NCBI RefSeq assembly: GCF_001194135.2 | Contig: NC_068993.1 | Coordinates: forward strand, 32,851,014 to 32,915,013 | Length of the DNA stretch: 64,000 nucleotides | Direction: 5' to 3' | Source: Octopus bimaculoides | Lineage: Eukaryota | Part shown: positions 25,393 to 39,684 of the stretch, piece after piece | Layout: each line of letters starts with the position of its first letter | Position numbering within the stretch: position 1 is the stretch's first letter | Program-made: the position numbers and the translations under genes | Notes under the pieces: generated by a model | Told to the model about the DNA's origin: nothing | What the model saw: the letters and a program-made list of their open reading frames with translations, nothing else | Databases searched by the model: none

Positions 25393-25482
25393 CTTTCTCT
25401 ATTCCCGTGCGTTAAACTAATACATCCTTTTGTTGTCTACACCACCTGTCCTCATCTGTTGTTGTTTTTTTCGTAAATTCTC

Positions 25483-25544
<62 letters not shown>

Positions 25545-28500
25545 TCATCATCATCATCATCATTGTTTAATGTCTACTTTCAATGATGATGATGATATAT
25601 ATCTAAGAAAAAAGGATGACAAAGGGAAAAAACGATTATGCTGTGAACTTCATTAGCTTTCAACTGTTTCTGCTATTAGATGCAATGGGCTCATAGATAA
25701 GTGCCTGAGTAACACCATATAGTTTCATTGGAGCCTCGAATATGAAGTGCAGTTTATTTGAGAAAAGAATTATATTCATGTATATATATATAGGAAAGGC
25801 ATACACATACACTCACACACATATACACACCCATCCACACATATACCTACATGTACACACACATATCTATATATATGTACATGCACACACACATGCATGC
25901 ACAAACACATGCTTCTTTCAGTTTCTTGTAAATTCATTCAGTTTTCCCATAGTTATAGTTGAAGACACTTGCCCAAACATGTAGTTGTAAAGCAAGTTTC
26001 TTAAATACATAGCCATGCCTGCACGACCATGACCTTTGGTCATTTGCTGTGCTTGAGAAGACTCACTTTGCCAAGTGAAATCATAGTTGTGGCTGATGCA
26101 AGTGACATGTAACAGCTTCCCTGCCAGTGACATGTAACAAGCACCTGCTACACTCTTGGAGTGGTTTGCATTAGGAAGGGCATTTGGCCATAGAAACCAA
26201 GCCAAATTCACTCTGGAACTTGAGGCAGCCCTACAGCTTACCAGTCCCAGTCAAGCTCTCCAACACATGCCAGTATGGAAAGTGGACGTTAAATGATGAT
26301 GATGAATCTCACAACTGGTTCAATCTTTCCCTCACCACCCTTCCTTACTTTAAGAAGAAAAAAAAAAATAGGAACCTTGGAAATCTCCCGGTAAGAAGCT
26401 CCACAGTATGCAGCCCCATACAAGCAGGCACTTTTAAATACACTTGCTCATGATACATCACCTTCCACTACATTAACAACTCTACAACCATCATTGGGTC
26501 TAAGACATAACATCATATTACTCAGGACGTCTGTTGCACATTGTCTAACTTCATATATTGCATCATATGCAAACTTTGCAGTGCCTTATATATTGAAGAA
26601 ACAGCCCAATGTCTTGCTGATAGCTTTCAGAAGCATTTTTAAAGCTACTACATATACCTGGCCTATGTATTGCCACCCATTTATATACAACAGGCTGTCA
26701 CTCACTTGTTTAGCGTCACTCAGTTGTATAGCATTTCCACATGCTCAAGAAAACAGAAAGGAAAACATCTCGTATTTGAACTTAGTATCTTGTCACCAAC
26801 AGGTTTAACCTTTCAGCATTCAGCTTACTTTGTCAGATATTAATTTACATTGCTTTGAATTAGTCATGCATTATCTCCTAGCTTTGAGATTTCAATGATG
26901 TGATTGTGTATTTTTAGAATGTGTTATTTTCTCAAGTCATGCCAACTCACAAAGGCTGGATTTCAGGTTTCATGATGTATATGTTCTACACCTGGACAGG
27001 ATGCCAGCCCATCACAGGATTACTTATTTTTGCCAGCTGAGTAGACTGGAACAACATGAAATGAAGAGTTTTGCTCAAGAACACAATGCATTGCTTGGTC
27101 TAGGAATTGAAACCACAATCTTACAGTCATGAGTCCAATACCCTAACCACTAAGCTACATGCCTCCACTAATAGGTGCGAGAGGCTAGATCTGGCTGGTT
27201 TGAACAGAAAACAGGTAGAATATTTGGGCCGGATATGGCTGGTTTAAATACTAAAGGGTTAAATTAACATTTTTCCTTTTATTCCTACACCTCTCCTTAG
27301 TTAAGTAATTCCCTTCTTATCCCTCAACTTCCTTCTCACTTCATTTTCTTTCACCTCACTCTCACCTTCACCTGCTTCTTTTTCTCATTCCATTTCTCTT
27401 TACTTCTACCTCTCTCATCCAGTTTCTCTCTCCCACCCCTTCTTTTTTTATGTATGAAGCTCTCATGTTCCTGTGCCCCTTATCAGGCAAGTTTTTCTAA
27501 CTTAAAGGATGTAAAAACTCTACTGGTCTCTCTTTAATTTCTCTCCTGTCAACTTTCTCTGAAGAAGGACTGTTCAAAACATTGGATTTTCCACTCCCCA
27601 AGGCAAATTCTCTTCTTTTTGTTAATTTTCCTATATATATGTGTGTGTGTGTTTATGTGTGTGTGCATGTACGTATGTGTGTGTGTATATTATATGTGTA
27701 TGCATATAGTTGTGTATGTGTGCACATGCATATTTAAGTAAGGTATAGTATACATGAATTCATATACTCCTGGACCACAGTTTCACACACACAAGCAGGT
27801 TGGAAAGTAAATAGGATGATTCTAAGTGGTACTGAGCACATCAGCTGTAATCTGCCATGAGATGCTGGTGTTTTCCTCCTTTGTCTTTCCTTTGTCTCTC
27901 AATTTCAAATGATGATTTAAAATTTTAGGTGTGGTTTCACCAAAGTCTCAAAAACTATTGGAAGAACATTTGGGATAGGAGGCATTTTCTTTCCAAGCTG
28001 TAGTGCAGCACTCAATCTATTATTAACTATTAGAACAAAATATTTCTTTTCCTCTACAGCGTCAAGGTTATGTTCTTTTGTTAGTTAAGATTATTTTGGA
28101 TTGCTCAAGCTAAAATATAAGCAAACATAAAGATAAATGATACCAATTAGACATTCCTTATGTGTCTGACCTTTTCAAAATAGTTGCCAAATCTTCCTCT
28201 GCTCACACCATACCATCTTTTAGAAAGCAGTAAGACACATTGCACAGTGTAGTCTTAGATAACATTCCCCACCCCGAAAACAACAGGTTGGTCATGTTTG
28301 AGAGGGATCATAGGCCTGCTCATTGGGAGTCAGCCCAGTGCTAAACAACAACAACAACAATAACACTGATGTTACTACACATCATTAAATAAGGTTTAAG
28401 CACTTTCAATGCCAGCCACGCTAATGTTGATGCTAAGGGGGAGCCACTTGTACTTTTAATGGTGCTGGTTGAAATAATGGTATTTAGTGACCTTTGTGAT

Positions 28501-28984
28501 GGTGGCAGCAGTAATTATGGTCAGATTGTAGTGATGACATGGCAGAATGTGGTGTGGTGGTGGTGTTGCTGTTTACAGTGCCATTGATGTTGGTGATGAA
28601 GGAGATGGTGGTGAGGAAGATGTTGGTGTTATGATAACAACAGTGTTTTGGTGATGAGTTGTGATGGTGGCAATGAAGGTGATGTTAGGAGTGGTGTTAT
28701 TTCTGTTGTTGTTGGTGGTGGTGATGACAGTGAAGATGATGATAATTGTAGCATTGATTTGTTATGTATTTTTGGTAGTGGTGATGGTGTGGCAGTTGTG
28801 TTGTCAGTGGTGCTAATTTAAATGATGAGGTGATGGTAATGATAATTGTGTTAATATTGTTAGTGACAGTGGAGATGTTTGTTGATGTTGTTGTCATTAT
28901 TTAATACCATGTCTGATCAGTGTCTATAATTAAGAATGTTCCAGCCATGTTCATGCTAACTGTTTTCAGACGTGTTTCTAATAT

Positions 28985-29569
28985 TGGTGGAATTCTGGTT
29001 TAAGCACCCTATGTAACCCCTCATAACTTTTTTTATTTTTTGGAATTTTCAGAATTCATACAATTATGCAAAAGCCAGAAAAAAAAAATTTGTGTGTGAT
29101 TTAAGGGTTATTTATCCATTATTTTTAGCACATCTCATAACAACCTGATACTTTCCTCATTTCTTTGTCTCTCTGACATATTAATGTTTTTCAATGTGTT
29201 TCTCCCCATAAACAAATTTAATGGTCCATTGCAAGGATTTGAGCAAAAAATTTGGACTGTCTGTATTTTAAACTCTGACTTTTTTTAAAAAAATTAATTA
29301 AAAAAATTACAGGCATAGGAGTAGCTGTGTGGTAAGTAGCTTGCTTACAAACCACATGGTTCCTGGTTCAGTCCCACTGCGTGGCACCTTGGGCAAATGT
29401 CTTCTACTATAGCCTCGGGCCAACCAAAGCCTTGTGAGTGGATTTGGTAGTTTGGTAGACGGAAACTGAAAGAAGGCCGTCGTATATATATATATATNNN
29501 NNNNNNNNNNNNNNNNNNNNNNNNNNNNNNNNNNNNNNNNNNNNNNNNNNNNNNNNNNNNNNNNNNNNN

Positions 29570-29603
<34 letters not shown>

Positions 29604-29930
29604 TGTTTGTGTGTCTGTGTTTGTCCCCCCAACATCACTTGACAACCGATGCTGGTGTATTTACGTCCCTGTAAAAGAGACTGATAGAATAAGTACTAGG
29701 CTTACAAAGAATAAGTCCTGGGGTCGATTTGCTCGACTAAAGGCGGTGATCCAGCTTGGCCACAGTCAAATGACTGAAACAAGTAAAAGAAAGTAAAAAA
29801 AGATTTTTTTTCATAATTGTATGAATTTCTGTGTGTAGGACACAAATACACAAAAATTTTCAGAAAATTCCAAAAAATAAAAAAAGCTATGAGGTGTTAT
29901 ATGAGATACTTAAAACAGAATTCTGCCCTA
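28985..29930. mobile_element. MITE with about 60-bp TIRs, interrupted by a SINE (29311-29795)
   Basis: GAATTCTGGTTTAAG...TTTTTTGGAATTTTC vs GAAAATTCCAAAAAA...CTTAAAACAGAATTC. Confidence 0.65.
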
Positions 29931-30577
29931 ATGTTATATTATCAATATGTCCTTCCTTTTCCAAGATAGTAATGAATGATTTGAGAAGTGTTTGACTGCT
30001 ATTTCTAGCAGTTCACTTGACCACACAGAAGCATTGTCCAATCAGATAAATCACTTGCTCATTGGATTAATGTAGAGGTGGCTGAGTACATTAAGGATAC
30101 TCAGCTATGGATAATACCCTTGATATAATCCTCAGGCAGAATCATTGTGATTCAGTGAGAAGGCTGGGCCTTTAAATTGCAGGTACAATCCACCTGAAGG
30201 GCTTCTACACAGTTTCCATCTAACCAATTTTACTTACAAGGTATGGGTCATATGGGGCAACTGGAGGCTATGGTAAAAGACACTTGGCCAAGATGCTATG
30301 GAAAAAGGATTGAACTGGGAGCAAAAACAAATTTCTTAAACTTTCGTAAATGCTGTGCCTGGCTGAGTAGATTTATGCTTCAAAGCATTCCAACCATGAC
30401 CATCCTGTCATTTTCATATATGCAGAGAACCCAGGATCACATTATCATTGTGTAGGGTGTTACTTGAGGGACATGTGATTTGCTATTTCTAGCAGATTGA
30501 GTGACTACATATATCTTCCAGAATGGGGGGAGTACATTGTTGTTGGTTGTGGTGGGGTCAATAAAAATGAGAGTAAA

Positions 30578-30958
30578 GGCTCAATGGCCCAGTGGTTAGG
30601 GCAGCGGACTCACGGTCATAGGATCGCGGTTTCGATTCCCAGACCGGGCGTTGTGAGTGTTTATTGAGCGAAAACACCTAAAGCTCCACGAGGCTCCGGC
30701 AGGGGATGGTGGCGAACCCTGCTGTACTCTTTCACCACAGCTTTCTCTCACTCTTACTTCCTGTTTCTGTTGTGCCTGTATTTCAAAGGGTCAGCCTTGT
30801 CACACTGTGTCACGCTGTATATCCCCGAGAACTACGTTAAGGGTACACGTGTCTGTGGAGTGCTCAGCCACTTGCACGTTAATTTCACGAGCAGGCTGTT
30901 CCGTTGATCGGATCGACTGGAACCCTCGATGTCATAAGCGACGGAGTGCCAACAATAA
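30578..30958 (+). mobile_element. Young tRNA-derived SINE, same family as 2686-3066
   Basis: Near-identical reverse complement of 2686-3066, with A and B boxes. Confidence 0.85.
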
Positions 30959-31287
30959 AAATGAGGAAAAATGACTCCTTCTGACAAAATTACATAATTC
31001 AACAATTGACCTTTCTCTACTTATGTTCCCCACCTTCAGCCTTTCATAATAATCTTTACCTTCAAAATATAGGTTGTCCATTCTAGGACATGGCCCACCC
31101 TACATCCCAGTTCTACTCTCCCTCATCTGATTACTCTGCTCCCCCCCCTTCTCTCTCTCTTATTCATTCTCTCTCCCTCTCCATATCCCCCCCCCCCGCT
31201 TCATATTTTCCTCCTTGTATTTGGCCTGTACAACTTCATAAATTATACCTCCCACTTCCCTTCCCTGTATCTATCATCCTCTATCTT

Positions 31288-31331
<44 letters not shown>

Positions 31332-31726
31332 TTTATCTTCCATAAATTTCAACCCCTACCTCCTGCCATCCTTCATTACACTTCCCTCTCAACTCTTTCC
31401 TTACTCTCATTCAATCTCTCTCTCTCTCTCTCTCTCTCTTTTCCCCCTCTCTCTTCCTGCTCTTACTGTCCTTTACTTTCCTATCTCACCTCTTCTTCCT
31501 TTCATTCTCTCCTCCTTTCTCTCTCCCTTTCATTTTCTCTTCACTCTCCTTTACCTGCAATAACACTTCCTCTTTCTTTCTCTTTCTTAATTTTCCATTT
31601 TCTCTTTCTCCCACTGATTTAGAAAAGAAACGCTCTAAAAGCAAATAAACAACACAAAACAAATTTATAAACTGGCCCACTTCAAAGCAATTTGTTGTAG
31701 TTATGATTGCTGTTTCTATAAATTTT

Positions 31727-31760
<34 letters not shown>

Positions 31761-32717
31761 GTCTATTTTCCACACTGATATGGTTAGACAAGTCTCAGAG
31801 TGTCTTGCCAACCATTTGTTGTAGTCATCCATCACTTGCAACACAAAACCACATGGAAATCCTACCAACTTAGTTTCCATGTATATCATCATCATTTAAC
31901 ATCTGTTTTCTATGCTGGCATGGGCTGGATGGTTTGATAGGAGCTGGTAAAGCTGGGGGCCACACCAGGCTCCTCTGTTGTCTGTTCTGAGATGGCTTCA
32001 ACATCTGGATGCCCTTGCTAATGCCAACCACTTTTACAGAGTGTATTGGGTGCTTTTATGTGGCACTAGCTCCAGTGCTTTTTATATGGCACCAGCACTA
32101 TCATTTCTGCTATGGTGGATGGGTCTTCTTGAGAACAGCAAGGCACTATATGTCTCAATCCCCTGTCATCTCCTTCATAAGGCTTAGTGTCTTGAGATCA
32201 GCCTTCAATACTTTGCCCCATGTCTTCCTGGGTCTCCCTCTTCCACAAGTTCCATTCAATTATGTGTATATATTTTTTCATATGTGTGGAGTGGGCATAG
32301 ATTCTTGTATGCCCTTCCTGTCCCTAATTATTTAATTATAAATTATTGTTTGGTATTGGCAAAGGGAGGTAGATGGACAGGTTTGCTAGAATGTTGAAGA
32401 AAATGTCTGGCATTGAATTATGCTCCTTTATATTTTTGAGTCAAATCTTGCTAATGTTAACATTCCCTTTATCCTTTTAGGGATTGATAGTAAGTACCAG
32501 TGAAGCACTGGAATTGATATAATCAACTATAACCTGTGGTTCTCTCTCTAAAAAAAACACATTCTGCTCTATGCCTATATTAGAAATCCTTGCTTTTTAC
32601 TTTCTTGTTAACAAAATACTAAGAAATGTTTGAGTGCCACCCACATCTCCTTATGGTTTGTCTTTAGGCATATTTCATATTTTATAATCTGTAAACATTT
32701 CCTTATTTATATTTTAA

Positions 32718-32788
32718 CTAGCAGTAATACTCGTTGTTGATCAAGTAATTACTTTTACTGTTTCTCGGGAGCCACATTCAAAGTATTA

Positions 32789-32852
<64 letters not shown>

Positions 32853-35800
32853 ATATGTATGTATGTATATAATCTATTCCTCCTGTATGTGTGTATTTTT
32901 ATAAGAGGAAAACATGTAATAATTGAACCAGAAAAAAGATCAATTTCATACATGAAGTTCTGTTTGTTTATTATATGATAATAATAAGTGGGTTGTATGT
33001 GTTATTTTATTTATCAATACTATAATGGCAATTATATAATACAGTTCATTTAAATAGGTAATTTAATCATTCTTGAATGTAATAATAGTAATGACAAATT
33101 AAGTTATTGAAGTATTCATATTGCATTAAAAGTGGATAAGCAAAAAGATTTGCTTTTCATCCCACACATGATGCTCCGACATAAGTTGGCCATGTGAAGA
33201 GCATGGTTCCTCAAGTTGCAATCCAACAACTTTTAGTGTTTGGCCCTGACTTTTATTAATGCTCATAGCAAAAGAAACTTGGATAGGAAACTGTAACCGT
33301 TTAAATTGGAATAGGACATTAGATGGTATAATTAGTATACGAGGAATGAAGACAGTGTCACCTTTACCACAACCAGTGAGAATATTTGCCTCAATGCAGT
33401 TCCTCATAGTTTATGCACATTTAATATTGTACCATTGTATAATTTTGGTTGAGACAAATTACACAATAACATAATAGGAGTCCCTTTTCTCGAGTGAAGA
33501 CAATGAGGAGCTGTACCTGGTAGTTTTTGTGAGTTCAAAAATTCAATGGGGTAGTTAACACTATCCTAATCATCAACAACATTGTCAATTGAATTATAAG
33601 TGAATACTTCTCCTGGAAGTTTATTCAATAGCATATTATTAATGCTATGTACAGCAACATTTTTTGGAGTCAGGATAGCTCACTCACGGATCCAATTTGT
33701 ATTGTTGTAATTATGAAGAAGATTAGGAAAGATTTCATCCACCAGACCCTTACCCTAATGCTAACCCCAATGGAATCAGTTGAATTACATATTGGATTGA
33801 GTGCAAGAAACTGTTCTTCATTAATTGGAAGTCTCCCTTCACTGAGTTTCAAAAGCTGCTCTGCAAATAGTTCAGCTGATTGATGTCTTGAAAGCCTTGA
33901 TCTCATATAATAATTGAAGTAGAAAAAAGATCAACTTCATCCATGAACTTCTGTTTGTTTATTATGACAATAGTGAGTTGTATGTGTTATTATATTTATG
34001 AATACAGTAATGGCAATTATATAAACAGTCCATTTAAATAGGTAATTTACTCGTTCTTGAAGAACTTCATGCTTGAAATCTTCAGCAAGATCATTTCTAA
34101 ACTTATTCCACAGTTTAACAGGATTGCCTACTTCTTAATTTTTGAGAATAATAGCAAAAAAGACATCTTAAACACTTTAGTATTTTTTATATTGAAGCTT
34201 CTAGTGTTGCTTGCCATTGCAAGCAAACCTAACTTGAAACACACTTCTCAGTATGTTCTGCAAATTTCACCATCAACTTCTTTCAAAACTTCGCATGAAG
34301 TGGATCTTCTTTTTACATGAAGAAGCATTCTGAGAATAAAGCATTCATTTTGGCTAGCATGTACAGTATATACTCCACCAATTGTTGTACCAAACTTAAT
34401 CCTAGAATGACCTTGAACCTTTGTACCTATATTGCGTCTGTTTCATCATCATCATCATTATTGTTTAACGTCTGTTTTCCATGCTAGCATGGGTTGGATG
34501 GTTCGACCAGGGTCTGGGAAGCCAAGAGGCTGCACCAGGCTCCAGTCTAATCTGGCAGTGTTTCTACAGCTGGATGCCCTTCCTAATGCCAACCACTCCG
34601 TGAGTGTAGTGGGTGCTTTTTATGTGCCACCGGCACAGGTATCACAACTACAATTTCCATTTGATTTTCATTTTGATGTTGATGTACTTGACTCAATAGG
34701 TCTCCTCAAGCACAGTAGGTCACCCTACGATCCAAAGTGCTTTTGAATGAGCTGGGGCTGGTTATGCGAAACTGGTGTAGGATACAGCCATGAACTCACT
34801 TTATTTGCTGGGTCTTCGCAGTCACAGCATATCTCCAGAGGTCTCGGTCTTTCATCATTGCCTCTGTGAGGCCCATACTTCATGTGTAATAAAAAGGAAC
34901 CTCATGATATAGCAGTTTTTTTGCAAAATTGTTCCCCTCAACAAAGGCCGTTAAAGTGGTATCCCTTGAATTTGAGACTTGATTTGCAGCTGTCTCAGCT
35001 GTGACGTAAACCCTTTGACCATTTTCTAAATGCACAGATAGTTGTTGAATGGCTGGGTGCCTTTCGTGGATTGTGAATCCAAATATGCTCCAGAAGGCCT
35101 CATTACTGCTTATATATCTCCCTATTCAGTATTGTTTAACTTCATCACGAGTGTTTTCTTGAATGGCAATAGAAGCAGCATCACTGCCCTTATTTATGTA
35201 TTTGCATACATACTTTAAGCTCTTGATGGAGTTACAATACTCTGCATTGATATGAGCATTGAAAGTCTTTGACAGAAATGGGCAGTAAGGAACTATCCAT
35301 CAATTGTCTACTTCATGATTACCAAGTTTGGCTTGCTCTCCTCCATTTTCTGTTTTCTATGGATATTGTTTTGTGCATTTCCCTTCCTTCATGCATGGTG
35401 ACTGAGGGTTTTGAGCATCTCAAGGGCCATGAACCATATGAGATACCACAATCAATAGCAGGATCAGGAATTTTGACTGAAATTATAGAATCAATTTGAT
35501 TTGAGTTTATTTTTGTGTATAGCCAAAGTAAAATATGGGCATGAGGTAATCCCCTTTTCTGCCATTCCACTGTATGCATGGAATAGCAAACTTCCCCAAA
35601 GATATATAAATTTGAAAAGAGGTGCATCGTCTTATTTAATTATAAGTGAAAAATCTGTGCTATGATGTGCTTGTTGATCAAGAAAGAGTTCCTTTTGTAT
35701 TTCAGGCCATTTCAAGTTACATGTAAAAGTTATAAATAAATCTGGCCTACCATATTTTATTTTCGTACATATGTCATGGCATCTTGTGTTCTTTCATGCA

Positions 35801-38277
35801 TATAGTGAGGTCCACTTGTTGGAAGGATGTACAATTGCTCCTGATTATTTCCATACCCATCATTATTTATGCTGTCTTGTAAGCGAATATATGAAGCAAC
35901 CCAAAGCTGTTTTTGATGTGTTCTTACATAGGTGAGTCTTTCTGATTCAATCTTGGCATACATGTCAACAACAAATTATTGAATTAAATCCCTAGTTCTA
36001 TGCAATAAATTAAAACTGAAGGGTCTAAGCATAAGATGAAATGCATAAAAATCCATGCACGATACAGTTTTCTAGAACTTTCCCTTGCCTGAGAAATACC
36101 AAAATGATATCCATCTGTTCCATATGGAAAAAGCAATGGGTACTGTAGAGCATCATAGGAGTGGTGTGTATCACTTGCCCTTTGAATGGAACAATCTCTA
36201 CATTTATAATTATATCCTGTTTTCCAGTTTGTTCACCTGCTAAAATTATAAACAACCTCATTAGTCTCTGGTGCTTTGAAATGCCGTGAATTCTCAGCTG
36301 GCAGGTTTCCATCAGAATTGATCACCAGTTAAAAATTTTTGCTTTGTGTATTATCAAGGGTACACTTGAAACTCCTCATATAAATACTGTTGTTATGAAG
36401 CATTTGTTGAAGTTGTATTATATTAAAGTGAAGCCCTTTATTAAGATTATACCTTGTTTCAGCTTCTTTTTGCATATTCTTAATGAAATAAACTTGCAAA
36501 AATTTATGGTCTTCATTTTCTTGTGGTAAAATGCTACCAATTCAATGATATACTTGCCCTTGGATTTTGAATGTGGGCATGAATCCTCCCACATTCACAA
36601 TATTTGCTCCAAATGAAGTTATTTGGAAAGCATTATTATAGTGTTGTATTTTTTGTCGAAAATGCTTTGAATGGGAGAAGTTCCATGAAGAAAATTTTTC
36701 AGTTCTTCAGGAAGGTCAGAAAAGAAAGGCAGCATAATTTTCCCCCTCGTGCAGCATAATGCAGGTAGTTCATTCAACTAGTTTTTACCACCACAGTAAT
36801 ACCATTGGTGAGACATTGAGCCAATTTCAGATTCATAGCAATGATTGGAGTTGTAACTGAAAGCAGCAAGACGCCATTGCTGACGTGACCTACCTTTGTT
36901 GTGCCTGATTCGGTCCTTTTCATGTCTATTTGCAGTTTCTTGCATATGATGTGATGCACTTCGAAGATGATCAGTTGCAAGTCATGCATTTCTTTCGTCT
37001 TCATTTTCTGCTGCATGTTGAGCTGTCATTCTTTGTTGGCTATCTGCATGTTCTGCATTTCTTTGATCTTCATTTTCTGCTGCACGTTGAGCTGTTATTC
37101 TTTGTTGGCTAACTGCAAGTCATGCATTTCTTTGATGTTCGGTTTCAGTTGAACGTCGAGCTTTCTTTTTTTGTCAATGGTCTGCAAGCTGTGCATGTGT
37201 CTCATCCTTGTTTTCTGCTGCATGCCGTGCGTTTGTTTGGTGTTCATTTTTTGACGCGCTTTTTTTTAGGAGACATTTTTTTTATTAGGAATATCAATAA
37301 TAGTCAAACAAAATTACAAATGCTGTGTCCTGTCAGCATTAGTGCTGAAGTTCCAACACTACATTACAGGAATGTAATGAAATCGGGTCTGTGTGCATGT
37401 CGCTTCACTGTCAGATTCTCTCTGTGTATCTGAAAGAAGTTTGTATATTTATATCTGAACCAAGAAGCTAGAAAAATAGGTATATCATATAGAAGAATAG
37501 CTTTACGGAATCCAGGTGACTGCAGTGACATCCATTGGAATATCCATTTGTCGCAGTTCCTTTTGACATTTGAAAAGACAGTATGCTGAAGGAGAATCAA
37601 AAGATTCAGTTTCAACGTGAATGAAGCTGGAAAAATAGCTATATCATATAGAATAGCTTTATGGAATCCAGGTGACTGTGCGATGGCACTGAGAAGGCCT
37701 TGGGTCCAATGGAAGACCCATTTGTCACGGTTTCTTTTAACATTTGAATAGGCTGTATGCCCAAGGAGAATTGAAGGATTCAGTTTGGAATCTGAACCTG
37801 GGTGAGACTACGGCCACAGAATTAGATTTACTCCTCCTGTATGTGCAAAAGCATGGTTCTTCAAATTGCAACCCAGCAACTTTTAGTGTTTGTCCCTGAC
37901 TTTTATTAGTACTCATGGCAAAAGAAAGTGGAATAGGAAACTGTATCCACTTAAATCGGAATGGGACATTAGATGGTATAACTGGTATGCGAGGAATGAA
38001 GACGGTGTCACCTTTATCACAACCAGTGAGAATATTTGCCTCAGTGCAGTTCCCTCATAAGTTTTTGCACATTTAGTATTGTACCATTGTATAATTTTGG
38101 TTGAGACAAATTATGCAATAGCATAATAGCTTCTCTTGAACCAGGTACTTTCATTTTGCCAGAGAAAGAAAGAGACAAAATTTCGATTTTATATATATAG
38201 AAAAAGCCTAATAGCTTCCCCTGAACCATTTACTTTCATTTTGCTGGACAAACAAGCACACAAACAGACAAAATTTC

Positions 38278-38338
<61 letters not shown>
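32718..38338 (-). mobile_element. Degraded, rearranged autonomous-type Helitron (Rep/PIF1 helicase)
   Basis: Rep HUH motif VEWQKRGLPHAHILL (about 35.5 kb) and YAKIESERL (35.9 kb). Helicase C-terminus FKRLQFPIQVSFAMSINKSQGQTL at 33.2-33.4 kb and again at 37.9-38.1 kb. 3' CTAG at 32718; 5' TC(TA)n ends at 38201 and 38338. Confidence 0.85.
36977..37230. repeat. 69-bp tandem repeat (about 3.7 units) in the Helitron N-terminal coding region
   Basis: Units start at 36977, 37046, 37115 and 37184; they encode a 23-aa R/E/A-rich repeat on the minus strand. Confidence 0.85.
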
Positions 38339-38684
38339 TTGATGACATGGTTTTCAGTGACAGAGTAGAAAGAGCCATAAATGTGGTAGAAGTAAATACA
38401 CTGCCAAAACAAATATTGTTTGCCAAAATAGATTTGAAAAAAGGGAAAGAAACAGACAAAATTTATGGTAATTGAAGAAGCAGTTACAATTATGAACACA
38501 GATGACTTTTGTACTTTAGCAAATGTAAATGAAAACTGATTAATGATGGCTGTAATGATTTTAATAACAAAAGCAACAGTCTTACTAATGTTATGAGCCA
38601 GAATGAAATAGTAAACATGGGTCAATTCCTAGAAGATGAAAAAATAAAAAATGATATATCTCTGTTTTCCCAAAAATAAAGGGT

Positions 38685-38728
<44 letters not shown>

Positions 38729-39684
38729 TCAAAGGAGCAGATGGAATTAGCCCTGATCAATGTATGGTGGGATGTGCACTGCATCAAATAGGGAAAAGCA
38801 TATGAAAGTGTGTGTTTGGTTTCTTAAAGTTATGATAAGCTCTACATAGCTGCCTACAGGCTGGTTCCACTGTAGATGCAACACAAAAGTCACAGTTAAA
38901 AATATCGGTATGAATGCTGACTGTGAAGTAACATGAGCTCGTGTAGAGGGGTGGGTGGGGGTGCTGTAAGGACATGCATGTTCTAATGTCTTCTGAAGAC
39001 TGCAAAGTTGTTCCTACGTTTTACCTCACTGTAAACCAGAAAGAAATACAATTAAATGGTTACAGCTGGAACATATTTGATTAGAGATCTTTTCAGTCAA
39101 GGCTGACCTGGGGCCAACCAAGTGTGTGTGTGTGTGTGTATGTATGCATGTATGATGATATTATAACAACAAACAACAAATTTGAAGATCAAACACTAAG
39201 ACATGCCGACCACTCCCAGCAAAAAATGAAAATGAGAAAAACAGCAAACTAATTAACTGCTATATCGGTGATAATAGGAGTGGGGGTTGTATATGTTTAT
39301 GTGTGATAAAGACAGTATCTTTACCTCTTGGTTATCAGTTTAAAATCTTGATAGATATTGAAAGTTTGAAAAAGTGACAGAAATAACCTCCATAACAATG
39401 GCAGCAATAATAATAATAATATTAGTTTCTAATTTTGGTACAAGGTCAGTGATTATATGAGGAGGGTGTTAGTTAATTCTAGTATTTGACTGTTGTTTTA
39501 TTTTATTGACCTCCAGAGGAATGAATGACCTCAGTGAGATTTGAACTCAGAATGTAATGAGCTGAAGCAAAATACTGCAAGCACTTTTTTCAAAAGTATT
39601 TCTGCCAGTCAAACATCTCACTGCCATTATCATTATCATTATAATCATTGCCGTCATCGTCATCGTCTTTGGCGGCAGCGGCAT

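Noticed and set aside
28480-28900. GGT/GAT-rich tract resembling a coding repeat
   Set aside because: Degenerate trinucleotide low-complexity DNA with no splice-consistent ORF.
30578-30650. tRNA-like heads (A/B boxes) as genuine tRNA genes
   Set aside because: They continue into SINE bodies and lack a full cloverleaf.
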